DNA of 56,613 nucleotides from Perkinsus olseni (Eukaryota): NCBI GenBank assembly GCA_013115125.1, contig JABANN010000180.1, positions 1 to 56,613 of the forward strand, read 5' to 3'. Shown piece by piece: positions 1 to 11,909 of this stretch (position 1 is its first letter; each line of letters starts with the position of its first letter). The notes under the pieces were generated by a model. It saw only the letters and a program-made list of their open reading frames with translations, ran no database searches and was not told where the DNA came from. The position numbers and the translations under genes were made by a program.

Positions 1-795
1 AGCGTATTACGTACGGTACTTGATTTGAATGGGTGGATACCTCAGAAATGAGTGAGATTCCGGGGAGTTCTTTCCTTTTTAGTTTCATCAGAATGAGGTT
101 TGATCGTGGTAGCAAGGATTAAATCATCATCTAGCGGCGGTGACAGCGTTGAGTTAGTTACCAGTGTTGATTGGCTTGACCTAGAAGACGCTACACCGTT
201 CTTGTGAAGTACGTCACTGTACTGTATGTCATTCGTGGCGCGCACGGTTACTGATGTTCACTATTTAGTCTATACTACAATAATTCAGTGCGCAATGCGC
301 ACTGTGCATGCTCAAGGACCCTCAAAGACCAGGCTTCTGGCGTCCTCCGGCCGTTTTGAGGGTTGGGTTCTATTCTATGGGTCGCAACGAGCATCTCATC
401 GAGGAGCAGCATGTGATTGCGTCGATCAAGCAGTTCCCCTCTTTCGAGGCTCTAAGTTAGAGCCTCTAACCAGCACGAGGCTCATGTTCGAAATGTAGGG
501 AAGTCATTCGCCTCAAAATCTGCAAATTGAAGATTTCTGCAGACTGCAATTGACGTTCATACTCGTGGTGAACCACCTTGAAGCAGCGTCACTGAAGCGT
601 ACAGGCATCTATCAACCGCTGTACATCAGCGCGGAGTCCTGGCAACTTCAAACTTTGAAGTTCAAAGGACTTGGACATCAGAGCCCCTGTTGCTGAAATT
701 TCTTCTCGAAGTCTGCTCCCATTGCTGGTGCATAATCTGCTAAAGCCTCCCGGATTTGTCGAGTAATCTTTCAGTGTTCGGCATTCGTTCTGTAT

Positions 796-3067
796 ATGGC
801 ACCTCTACTCGCTACTGCCCAGGACCTCCTGGTGAAGTGTCGAACAATTTTCCGGTCGCACGGAACACTCATCTTCGTGAGCGGCATAGCCTCAGTCCTT
901 GCCCTGAAGGCTCTGAGGTTCTTGAAACGTACCAAGGTGGACCTTCATGCAGTCTTCGGTGGACCAAATCACGTGAGTGCGTGGATCTCGGCCCTCAATT
1001 GCATCGTCTTGTTTTTATGGACCGAATAGGGTCGCTATTGTATAATATACAACGTATATTAACGTATGATATACAATGTATATCCTAGTAAAGAAGGGTT
1101 ATATAGCGGCCTGTTAGCGTGAACACAGACTATACGCAATCGTCTTACGTAGTTTCTCCCCATCCTGGGCTTCGTACCAAAGTCGATCGAACATTTTGCC
1201 CGTGCCTTGGAGATCTATGCGGATACGTATGGTGGTTTATACCATATCAAGTGAGCGTTTTGTTCTCCTGCTCTGCGCTCTGCATCAGTGATAAGCGCAC
1301 GCTCGAGTGAGTTCGTGATGGCGGTCTGTTGTCTCTCAGGATTACTGGAACGAACATGATCATCTTGTCCAAGCCTGAGCTGGTCAGACAAGTTTTGGAT
1401 GAGCGCCCGAGGACCTTCATCAGGCCCTTCAACAAGCACAAAATAATACCTCTCTCGGGAATGTTCACTACAGAGGGTGACGCGTGGAAGCGGAACAGGC
1501 GGTTTGGTGCCCCGGCCTTCAATGACAAAAATTCAGCGGCTATGGTACCTGACATGTTGAAAGTGTCGTTGAAGCTGGTGAGCGACCGAACACCACACTT
1601 CACCAGGTGCTTCGGTTCACGTTCAGGTACGTCAGTTGAAGTCCCTCAGCCAGAACCGCCGTATTGTTTGGCGTCCCATAGAATGGCTTCCCCTCTGTAC
1701 TCTGGATGTCTTGTGTGTCAACATCTTAGGGAACGACTATAATTTCTTGGATCCTGATGGTAAGTAGGTGCTCCCGGTGAGCATGATCCGATGCTGCTGC
1801 CTCCTCCTGGTGAGCTGGCCTGAGCTTTATTAACTTCATTCAACCAATCGACTGCGAGAGTAACGCAATGCTTTTACAGGCCGCCGTCTCGGTAGCCGAT
1901 CTGAAGGGGTCCCGGAGGCGATTGTGGATACCCTGTCCGGCTCGGGGCATGCTCTACAGCTCAGTTCCTTCCCCTGGATGACACGGGATAGATTCCCTTG
2001 GAACCTCAACCCAATGATCAGAAAGGTCAGGTGCTCGCCGTTGGTGGTTTCGTCATTTCTTGACCAGCTGCACACGGGAGTGAAGCGGCTCAACAGAGTC
2101 TGCGATGAGATTATCAGCAGTCGACGGGCCGAGCAGCAAGCGGCAGGAGGAGGACGGGTGCAGCGACGCGACTTGCTCGACAAACTCTTGCATCTAGAAC
2201 CGGAGGACTTGCGGGGAAACCTCATCACGTGAGCTCTTCTTGCCGACTCACCAGTTATTGTCCGTTTCGGGCCGGTCACTGGTAGCTTACAACGCCACTG
2301 ACAGAAAAGCACAAGTTTTAGCATCGAGGTACACACTACACTACCCGCCGTCAGGTTCTTGATCGCTGGTAGTGATACCACAGCCATGACACTCTCGTGG
2401 TGTGTCTACAATCTGTCCCTCAACCCTCGAATCCAGGCTAAGGCCAGGGCCGAGGTGGATGCGCTCGGCCACGACCCCAAGACGATAGCAGACCTCAACC
2501 GGCTAGCCTACGTTGAGTGCTGCATACTTGAGACCCTCAGAGTGAGCCATCGTTAAATGCTAAAAATGTGCGTTATATGTAGGTACTTCTCAGTTGCAAT
2601 CCCCGAGTCGATTTCTCCTCAATGAGTGTGTTGACGACACCATGCTCGATGGGAAGCCAGTTCCCGCTGGTACTGTTGTGGCCGTACTTCAACACCAAGT
2701 GATGGTGAAATCTCGAGGCGGCACGACCTACAAGTACTTAGCTCAGTGGCCTGTGGCGTTCAATATGGCCTTCTTGAATCATTTCCGCAGTTCTGCCGTA
2801 AATCTCAGGCCGGAACGTTGGCTCACCAATGATGGCGTGTCGATAGATCGAGCCCTTGTACGTGATCATCTCGCATTCGGAGGGGGCCCTCGTCAGTGCC
2901 CCGGGCAAAATATGGCCCTCAAGGAGGCTACGATAATATTGGCTTCGATCCTAAGATTTTTTGATGATATTCGACTTAATCATTTACCCACACGCGTTCG
3001 AGGGAAGATCACCTTCACTTATGGGCCTGAGAACCTCGAGCTGCAGATGTGCCAGCGAGCCGATTAG
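796..3067 (+). CDS. Cytochrome P450, multi-exon, paralog A
   Basis: Spliced ORFs carry the I-helix AGSDTT, K-helix ETLR, PERW and heme motif FGGGPRQCPG, with a hydrophobic N-terminus (MAPLLATAQDLLVK...). Short GT-AG introns lie at the same positions as in paralog B. Confidence 0.95.
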
Positions 3068-3208
3068 TCCAGGCCTTTCCCCATCATGTTCGGTTTGCCC
3101 GCACACCCACCTCTTTTCTTCCGGCTATGAGTAGCGTTGACAGTGGGCGGCTCGTGTCGGCCATCATGGCTAAACACCTATCGTGACTCACGATAAGATT
3201 CGTCAGGA

Positions 3209-3647
3209 TTCTCACGATTCGTGAGAAATTATCAGCCAGCGAGCCTGTGAGCCACAGCCATTATCACCTGTGTTTTATAGCAATAGCGACAAAAAGTAGC
3301 TCTGTGGCTGCGATGGTATGGCATGGAAACAGCGATTAATGATTAATGAGAGAGGTAACCAGTGACGATTAATCATTAATCGTCACTGGTTACCCTGTCA
3401 CTGTCACTGAGTGTACACGGTGTACACTCTGTCACCGAAAGGCTCTCAAGCCTTTCGTCCGTGGGCATGCTGTTAGACAGATCAGTGCATACCGCATCCT
3501 GCTACAGGATCAATGGTGGGTCACAGGGCTGTTACCACGATGGCGTTTTGCCAATGTCAAGCCCAGGTTTGGCACATATCCGATACGTAAACACCAAGAA
3601 CACCAAGAACACCAAGAACGACAGAATCACAACCAATGGCCCATTGG
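3209..3647. repeat. Cluster of perfect palindromes/hairpins and a short tandem repeat
   Basis: Palindromes at 3209-3227 (9-bp arms), 3354-3394 (20-bp arms), 3409-3429 (10-bp arms) and 3633-3647 (7-bp arms), each with a 1-nt centre. Hairpin at 3436-3457; (AACACCAAG)x3 near 3590-3618. Confidence 0.85.
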
Positions 3648-4270
3648 CAATGGGTCGAGCTTGCACCTGCCATTATTACAACCATAGCTTCATGGCTGTA
3701 CCCAGTGCTAGCCCCTGGCTAGCTCTAGCGTTGAAGTTCATGGAACTACTGCGACTTTCAATCGAGGTCTAGCGAGAGGCAGTTGGCTCCTCGAGTGTCT
3801 GGTGAACCATGGGCGACCAGTCACGGGGAGCCGACCACCTTGCAGTCGCCGCCGGCCACAGGTCGCGGGTTCGTGTTTCGGGCTTCGTCCTGCGGCCAGC
3901 GGCCACCTCCCAAACTCGCAGATCAGAGGTTTCATGTAGTCTATGACGTGCAAAAGTTTCTTGTTGTGCACTGAAAGCCTCTGCGTGGTAATTTCGCTCA
4001 CGCCAATCCTCCTGCGTAGGATTGCTACCATGAAGTGTCCTTGAAACACAACATGCCGCGTCTTCCGAGGAAACACTTCGCGCGAAGCAGTTCAGGATGC
4101 AAGACAGGCGAAACTCCAATGCATACATTCGAGTACGGGCCTACGCAGTATGGTATCCAGAGTCTGGATTCCAGACCATGCGTACAGCGGCTGGCTGACC
4201 TGAATGAAAGTGGTTTCCGGGACATGAACTGGGCTTCTTGGGGCATACTGACTCGTCTATGTTGGCCCCG

Positions 4271-7200
4271 TTAGCTGGTACACAGGGCCCTCTTGATACA
4301 CGAGAAAAGCACATCAACGTCATCGAATGTTGTCAATGCACTGCCAAAGGCGACTCTGATGATGGGTGTACCATCTATTAGTTTAGAAGGGTAACTGGCA
4401 ATCAGTGCGTCTGGAATCAGTGAATTACTACGTTAAGTACATCATGAACCCGCTGCTCTCCACCTCCCTTAATATCTTAGCGTTTAGCGAGTCCGGGATG
4501 GCGGTGAAGCAAACGAGGCCGAAGGGATTGGCGACGGGAAAGCGCAGCAGACCCTGTGAAAATATAACTCACGCGGAGCAGTCCCCGTCCGCTCGAGGAT
4601 GGAATCGAGCGAGGACACAGACGGGTGCCGTCGAGGTGGGAAGTGGTCTGACATTGGTAACTTCATCTGCCTGGAGCATCCCTCGCAATCGGGCCGCGCA
4701 CTCTATGTCGTGCGATACACATGCTCGTAGTTGCTCGATACCGAAGTACTGCATCACCGTCCACACTCTCAAGGCTCTGAACTTAGTGTATACTGGCAAT
4801 GACCTGATTTCACGGAGAGTCACGACTGAGCACCTGAGCGAGGACTCGACTCACCAACGAGAGATGTTGAGACCTTCCCTCGCATCCCGAGTCATAGAAG
4901 GCTCCTTCCCTAAACTCCCGAACGTCGCTGTGAGGTGTCTTCGGTCCTATCGTGCAGAATCGTACCACTGATGAGGCGTCCCAAGGGTTTGGCACTGGGA
5001 CCTACTTTCACCCACAGGAACGCCAAAGAAAAACCTGTACCGAGCCACTTGGATCCATTCACGTTTACCGAGTCCGCATTCTGAGAAAGAAGGTGTCCTT
5101 TGCACAGCAAATGAGAATCGCCATGAACTCCGCGGAATGAACACTGGAGTTTCACCTGTTTAACGCGTAAAACAGTTTTGCGCGAAGTGTTTTTCGCGAA
5201 ATACGCGATATGTTATGTTGAGATAACACTTCGCGTCATAACCCACGCGTGAAACGCAATATCGCGAAAAACTCTAACGCGATAACGCGTCATAACGTGT
5301 TTATCGCGTTATGCGTTGTGTTAAACGCGTAAAACACAACACAACGCGAGAATCACTTCCCATCACGAGACTTATCTGCACGAACACAACCAGCAGAGAA
5401 GAGAATAAGCCTTCCAGGATAGTATTCGCTCGTAGAATTTGAGTAATTGAGATATTAGTTAATTATCAACTTCGATTTCCTTTATCATCAGCAAACTGGT
5501 ATTGGGCCTGCCGCTTAGTTTCTATCTAACTTTCTTGCTGCGCTGTTAATTGTGTTTTGCCTCTCACGCGTTATGTCAACGCGTTACGATTGACGGTACG
5601 TTTAACGCCTACGCGTTTTTCGCGTAGGCGCGTAATCGAGCACGGATCGAGCACGTAATCGAGAAACGTAATCGAGCACTTCCCCGTACGCGGGGAAGAA
5701 TTAGCGCGTAATTTTGAGCTCTGAAATCGTCTATTTCGCGTTGCGTTATGCGTTATGCGTTTTACACTAGCGTTTTACACAACACGGGTGAAACTCCACT
5801 GTGTCAAGGCTCATAGTGGCACCAAGAAATGAGCTGGCGGTTGGTCATAGCCACCTAGGCACTGGCGCAGTTGGTCGCCAGAAATGGAGTACTAGGAAGC
5901 GGCACGGCTGGTGGGCCCTATAGCCTCCTATGCTGTTCCCAGGAGACAGTAAACATGCTGCTTCAGCAGTGGTTCTGTGATGCGCTTGCACAATAAGTAT
6001 CTTCATTCTTCCTTTCTCTGTAGCTAACACAATTGTCCCCTCTCTCGCCCCCGTTGTCTCAACCTATTATTTAACCCTCATCGGTTACTGTCGAGTTTGG
6101 AGTACAACAGGTTCTCAGTGGCGTTTTAACCGACCAGTAGACTTCATAGAATTGAGGGGGTTATGGAGGGCGGATCTTCCTTACGGCCCGAATCTTGGCA
6201 GCGTCGCCGCGGAAGGAGTCTAGTATGAGCGCAGTTCCACCGTATGCTGCGTCAACATGTAACATGATGCCTTCTTCTCGACAACTACACGAAGACACGA
6301 GAACGGTGAAGTGGATACCATCGCGAGTCTACTGATCCTACAGCAGTCCTAGTTCGTCAAGAGGGTCCACAGCGCACGTGTTGGTGGCACCGTAGTTGGC
6401 GATGAATAGAATGGGTGTGAGGCCCTTCTCTCTGAAGCACGAATGCATTAGCACAATCTCGTGAGTCCACTACGTACCTATCCTTAGCAATGGCCTCCTT
6501 CAGACGGGCGACGTTGACTGGGAAGTTACCCGTCTCGTTCAGCGAGCTTTGTATCTAAAGAATAGACCACCGTCCCCAGTGGGGAGTTGATGAAGGAATG
6601 GAGACTACGAACCGTGGACCGTGCTCGATACCGAGCTCATCGCCCTCACAACCCATTGAAATATTAAGACGCCACGCACTTGCCTTCCGAAATCGAACGC
6701 CGGTCACTCGGCAAGCCTTCTCTGCACAAAAATGTGTCTGATCCGACATGTACCTGTCGAGAATCCCGCATGGGATAGTTACGGCGCCTTCCCTAGGCAA
6801 GGTAATCGCGAAGTGAGCACCTACGCAACGAACTGCAGAGTGCATCCTCGCTGGTGTCCTCGAGGCTGCATGCTCGGGTCGGACAGTACCTTGCAAATAG
6901 ACAGTTAGTGACTGGGGCTCGCGCCGAGTTCGAAGTCTGAGCTCCGTTGGTCATGAGAACTTCAGGTTATGAAGCCTGCAATGGAATTGAGCAGTCGAAC
7001 AGAGCGACTGAGGGCCCCGCCTGGCCTTCAACTCCGACCTTCGAATGCATCGCTGTCCTTGCTGCTGCCACCACCGCCACTAGCGCATCGCTCGCCGTAT
7101 TTTGTATCTGCCAGACACCCGAACAGCTCATCGACCCCGAGGCCGTCCGAACCACTCGGAGGGTGCACGTACAATGCCACCACCCATCCCTGATGTATGC

Positions 7201-10200
7201 AGGAACTCCTCACCCAACCCGAGGGCTTTGCCGAGCGCATCCATAACCGCGGCTTCCATCCTGTCCTCAATCTGTGACAATAATCGATCCGAGCAACACA
7301 GATTGGAGCTGGAAGCTCACTGCGTTATGACTAGCAGGGTCTGCGCTGATACCCCCGAGGGCTGCCATGATCGCCTCCGACAGAATCGCAGGAGTACCTC
7401 AGGCGAATGATCAACTTTTGTCTACTCGGACCCTCACATCAGGATAGGTGATGAAGCAAAATGATGGTCCGAGAAGTTCTCTCAGCGGAGATGAATGGTG
7501 GAGTCGACAATCCGTTTGGATCGACACTTCGTTCAGCTCTACTCTCGCTGCCTCTTGTGTGACGCATTTTGTGGTATTACTCGCGAACGAAATTCGCGAG
7601 ACATAAAGTTTCCGAGTCGTCACGATACAACGAGTAGCACTACGGCAGATTTCTTTCTTGTCTTGGCCGGGAAAAATGCCAGGAACCTCGGATGCTGCCA
7701 GTTGCACATCCCCGGCGTCACCAGTCGTTGAATGTCCTCCAAGATGGCCTCCCACGAACGACCTTTAGCGGGCAGTATACCTGTATCGAGACCAGTCAAG
7801 TCGTGATTGGCGATCGATTGACAACCCAGAGTGATGTACCATTCTCCATGAGACACGCGGCGCAGCTGCCTGCCTGAAGCTCGAGATCCCTCACAGGGCC
7901 TTTCTCGAGCGACTCGAAGTACCTACAAGTAGTCGCCATAAACCAGTTGCCCCCTCCAGTGGCCTTCTGCATGCAGTAGCTAGCCGAATGGTCGAATAAC
8001 TTACCGAGCTATGAACTCTATTGTGAGATTCGCGTTCGCTTCGAATCCTTGATCACCGCCTTGGAACCTTTCGTCAGGAGCCGCCGACCTGGATGAACTG
8101 ATAGTCACCAAAATCCTTCTGGGAGAGCTTCGACTCGCCTCACCTGGACCCTGCTGTTGCCACCTTGGCCTCGATCCTTTCTGTCAGGCCTTGCGGGCCG
8201 TAGTACTGCAGGACACACCATAACCGCAGGGAGCGAAACTGCCGTCCTAATGGGACGCTCCTGAGATGCCATCGTCGCTACTGTCTATCAGAAAGAACAA
8301 GGATTCGTCACCATTTGCTGAGGGTAGGGGCACTGATGCTCTCCATTGCCTTGGGAAGGTAGTCACCGGTCGCGGCGAAGGCTGCCGTCATCCGCTGCTT
8401 CTCCTGAAGAGGCCGTGGTTCTGCTGGGACCATATACAGTCTAAGGCATTCGGAACCCGAGTGCACCAAACTCGTTGGTCCTCAACGTCAGAGTCTCGGA
8501 CTCGTGTTCACTGGCGTACGAGGATACTCGGATCGCGGTAATTTTGCTCGACCCCAGCGCCGTCTCCTGTTGCACGCGAGATTGGCACAGTAACTCTACC
8601 TTCACCCACAGGAACTCCATGTCCAGTCCAGTAGGTAGCCAACACGAGCCGCTCATGTTTATCGAATCCGCGTACTGAGAAAAGGGAGCAACTTCAAGGT
8701 CGCCCGGATCCGGATACTGAAGGCCCGTGCCAGACAGGTGTGCCGTGTGGGGAAAATCTCCTCAGGAAAGACTCCTACTCGATTGATTTGCAAACGGTGC
8801 TCTTGGTGTCCTTCAAGAAAGAGAGCCCCTCCGCCGTCTGATGCATCAACGTGAAGCCACATTCCCTCCCGCTCGCATCTGAAACGTGTGAATCTTGAAG
8901 GTGCGGACACGCAGGAAATTTCACAAGAAGTTGGTAGTGTCTACACCGCACAGGAGAACTGTCCTCATACTATTTTCATGCATGAACTCTGCCTGCTCGT
9001 CTTGATACAGATGGACGATCGTGGCCATCGATGACCGACTATCGTGTCTTTTTTTGTGTGCGAGTTGTCGCTGTAGCTACCCTCATTGCCGCAGCACTAC
9101 TGCTGAATGAGCTCTTCCTACTATCCCGCAATAGGAGATGAAGGAGAGGCAACGACCTTGAGCGTCGCGCTATTTGATGGGTAGGAAACACCGTCCTCGC
9201 AGTTCACATGCGCAAGGACGTACTGCGACCCTCAATATGATGATTCCAATCTAAATCACGGTGAACGACGACCAAACGCAGGTTACATTCGACCAAGTGC
9301 CGCGATGTTGTTATGTCCTTCCGTATTTTCTGCACCAAAGGCGGCGACACAAAGGACGGGCACCTTCGCCTTCGACCTAGCTTGGAAAGATAGACAGTTA
9401 AGGCACTTGCGGACTTGAACTGATGCGCACTTGTCTTCAACTATCATGGCTTCCAGCTCATCCACACTCATTGAGAAATCCGGCCCGACAGGGACCTAAG
9501 CGGTATCACAAAATAGTGGCGGGAACTTGGAGACTATCTCGCCTCTCGAAGTTCGATGCCTGCAGCCGCACACGCCTTCCTCAATGAGAGCGGCGTCTCC
9601 GACGAAGAATACCTAAGACGCCACGAAAAGCTGGTCGGAAGCCTCGGGTCTGCTGCGAAGGTCGGAACCACTGGCGGTGTGAAGTCCGGAAGAATGAAGG
9701 GAACGTGTGGAAGTGACGGTGAACAGGGGGGAAGATGCAGAAACTCACACGGTCATAGCTGCAATCCCCTCTAAGTAGATCTTCGCGGAACTGTCTGGGT
9801 CGGAGAGCATCTGGAGGGCGTGAAGAACAAGCCCGAAGCCGCGGGCGAAGAGTCGACCTCCTCGACACGTCCCTGCCTCGGGTCATTCGTCCCCAGACAA
9901 GTCTGCATCCGCTTCCTGACCCTGGAGGCTGCGACCACAGCGAGGAGGGCATCGGCCGCTGTGTTTTGTATCTTAGGGTAAAAACAAGCGAAGGACATCC
10001 TCTTTGTCGGTCGTGTCTGGTCGTGCGAGCTATGGTCGCAGCGATCGCCACTTCACAACAATGATTCCGGTATCAATGGGCCTACGAAGCCGGCTCGAGT
10101 GCGCACAAAGCCCTACCAGGCCGCCACCCTTGCCAGACGAATGTATAAAGTCATCTTGTAGTCCTAAGGCAGCCGCTAGCGTGTCCATCACCGCCACCTC

Positions 10201-11044
10201 CAGCTCAGTCAGGACCTGCAGGATTCATCCTTCGCGATGTAGCACCTCCGAGCACAGGTGAGAAGCTTACTCTTCAACCGAAGCCGCCAGCGAAGTCAGA
10301 CAACTCAGCGATTGCCGCAAAATCAACACATTCTCGCACAATATTTGGACAGGAATTGGGTGCGTCTATTTTCTAGCTAAAATTCACTTCCAATTTCGTC
10401 TAGTATCGAGTCTAGCGATTCTAGGCACGGCGAGTCCAACAGAGGTATCGATAGAAAGCACCTCCTCCCACCTACTGGACAAGAAGCCCGCTGAAGGCCC
10501 ACAGCGGCCATGCCATTGACAATCGCCTCTGACAGAACGGCTGGCAGGCCTGCAAACGTCATGATCAAGCATACACGACGGAGTAATAATATCGTGCCGG
10601 TCCTCACTCGCTTCGACTTCCCATAGCCCTCCTCGTCGTCCGGCCTTCTCAAACCGGACACAAGGCACGATGCTCTCCCCGATGATGGACAAGATCTCCG
10701 GCCATTCCCGCCCAAGTGAAGGGAAAACACCTTGACAGGGCGAACCCTCAGTTTTGCAGACAGCGGTCAAGGTCTCACTCAGCTCCCTCAAACGGCTGAT
10801 GGTACTGTCTGCGTCCGCGCTTCTTCGCCTCTCCGGCATGTTGAGTAGTCTGCCACCCTAGGCAGTCTGAGGCGTATGCTAGCAGCAGTGTTCACCTGTG
10901 GATGAAGCCTACGGTTTCCTTGCTGTGTCGTCTGAGCTCGCGTACATCGATGAGTCGACGGCTCATTGGAAGCCGAGAATTCAAACTCGAGCAGGGGGAC
11001 AGTGGAGCAACCTCATCGGTAGCGAGGCTGTAGTCATCTTCCAT
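4271..11044 (-). CDS. Tandem two-unit group II PLP-dependent (aromatic L-amino acid/tyrosine decarboxylase-like) protein, multi-exon. Unit 1 spans 11044-8144, unit 2 spans 8088-4271.
   Basis: Unit 1: MEDDYS...LIDVRELRRHSKETVGFIHR, GGG-IQNTAADA, HVDASDGG, ADSINMSGSCW, GDYL, WSVPLGRQFRSLRLW. Unit 2: VTPGMCNWQHPRFLAFFP, GGG-IQNTASDA, SDQTHFC, HVDAAYGG, ADSVNVNGSKW, FRALRVW, FGLVCF, stop TAA at 4271-4273. The units are joined in frame by a 55-nt GT-AG intron at 8089-8143. Confidence 0.85.
5142..5801. mobile_element. Non-autonomous DNA transposon (MITE, possibly hAT-like) within a decarboxylase intron
   Basis: Imperfect TIR: left end CACTGGAGTTTCACCTGT vs reverse complement of right end CAGTGGAGTTTCACCCGT. 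Both subterminal regions are packed with ACGCG/CGCG motifs around an AT-rich core. No coding capacity and no clear TSD. Confidence 0.7.
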
Positions 11045-11909
11045 GCTCGTTTAGAGGCGAATTCCGCGGAGCAAGCTCCAGTGCTGACCTTCTCGCTCTC
11101 GGCTACACCACCCCTCTCGTCGATTGTATCCGTAATCAGATAAGGTACGCGCCTGAGCTTGATGAACTACCGCTACTACCACTTCATCAAAACTCTGCGG
11201 TCGAGGTCGATATCGCCTTAAGAAGGTGTCGGTACATACCCTTTCCGTTGCAGATCCGATAAATTTGCATTTGCAAGATGTCGAGTATGCTGTGGACTCC
11301 CCCAGTTACGAGTCGTAACTTACGACCCCTTCGATTCGTCCGAGTAGAATTTTCACAATGTTTGGGGTAAATCCCTTTCGCCTGGTGATCTCAACCGTCT
11401 GTACGTTGTATGCGTCAAACTCTCAGTGTTAACTGTTAAACTCGTTAAACTCGCGTCAAACTCTTAGCTTGCGTTAAACTCGTAGATGAAAAAACGACGA
11501 ACACGTGCCGGATTCATAAGCCTACAACCTAGAGGTGAGTTTGCCGTCCTCCTCCCTTGGAGCAAAGGACCACCAGCCAGCTGTAGCTCGCAGTCTCTCA
11601 GCAATGACGACATGATAGTTCGTATACTCATGTCGCACGAAATACCACCATTGTGCACCGGTACACGACCCTTAAAAAGTGCCGAGAACGGCATATCGGG
11701 TCGTTGGACAACGGGTGTATCTCCCCATGAAAAATCGTTAGATGTGGACCCTGAGACCTCTCGTGCACCCTCGGGTCGCCAATGCAGTGAGATCCACTCA
11801 CAACCATCCATAGTCTTCCCGGACCCAGAACCAGATTGAAACAACAACAACACGGAGTACACAATACAAATGAACGACTTGAGTGCAGAGAAACATCAAT
11901 CAATAATGA

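Noticed and set aside
3738-4274. Short ORFs between P450 A and the decarboxylase end
   Set aside because: No recognisable motif or start; the decarboxylase already terminates at 4271.
8144-11044. Upstream decarboxylase copy as a simple pseudogene
   Set aside because: The exons read are open with conserved splice phases, the losses are selective, and the unit splices in frame into the downstream unit.
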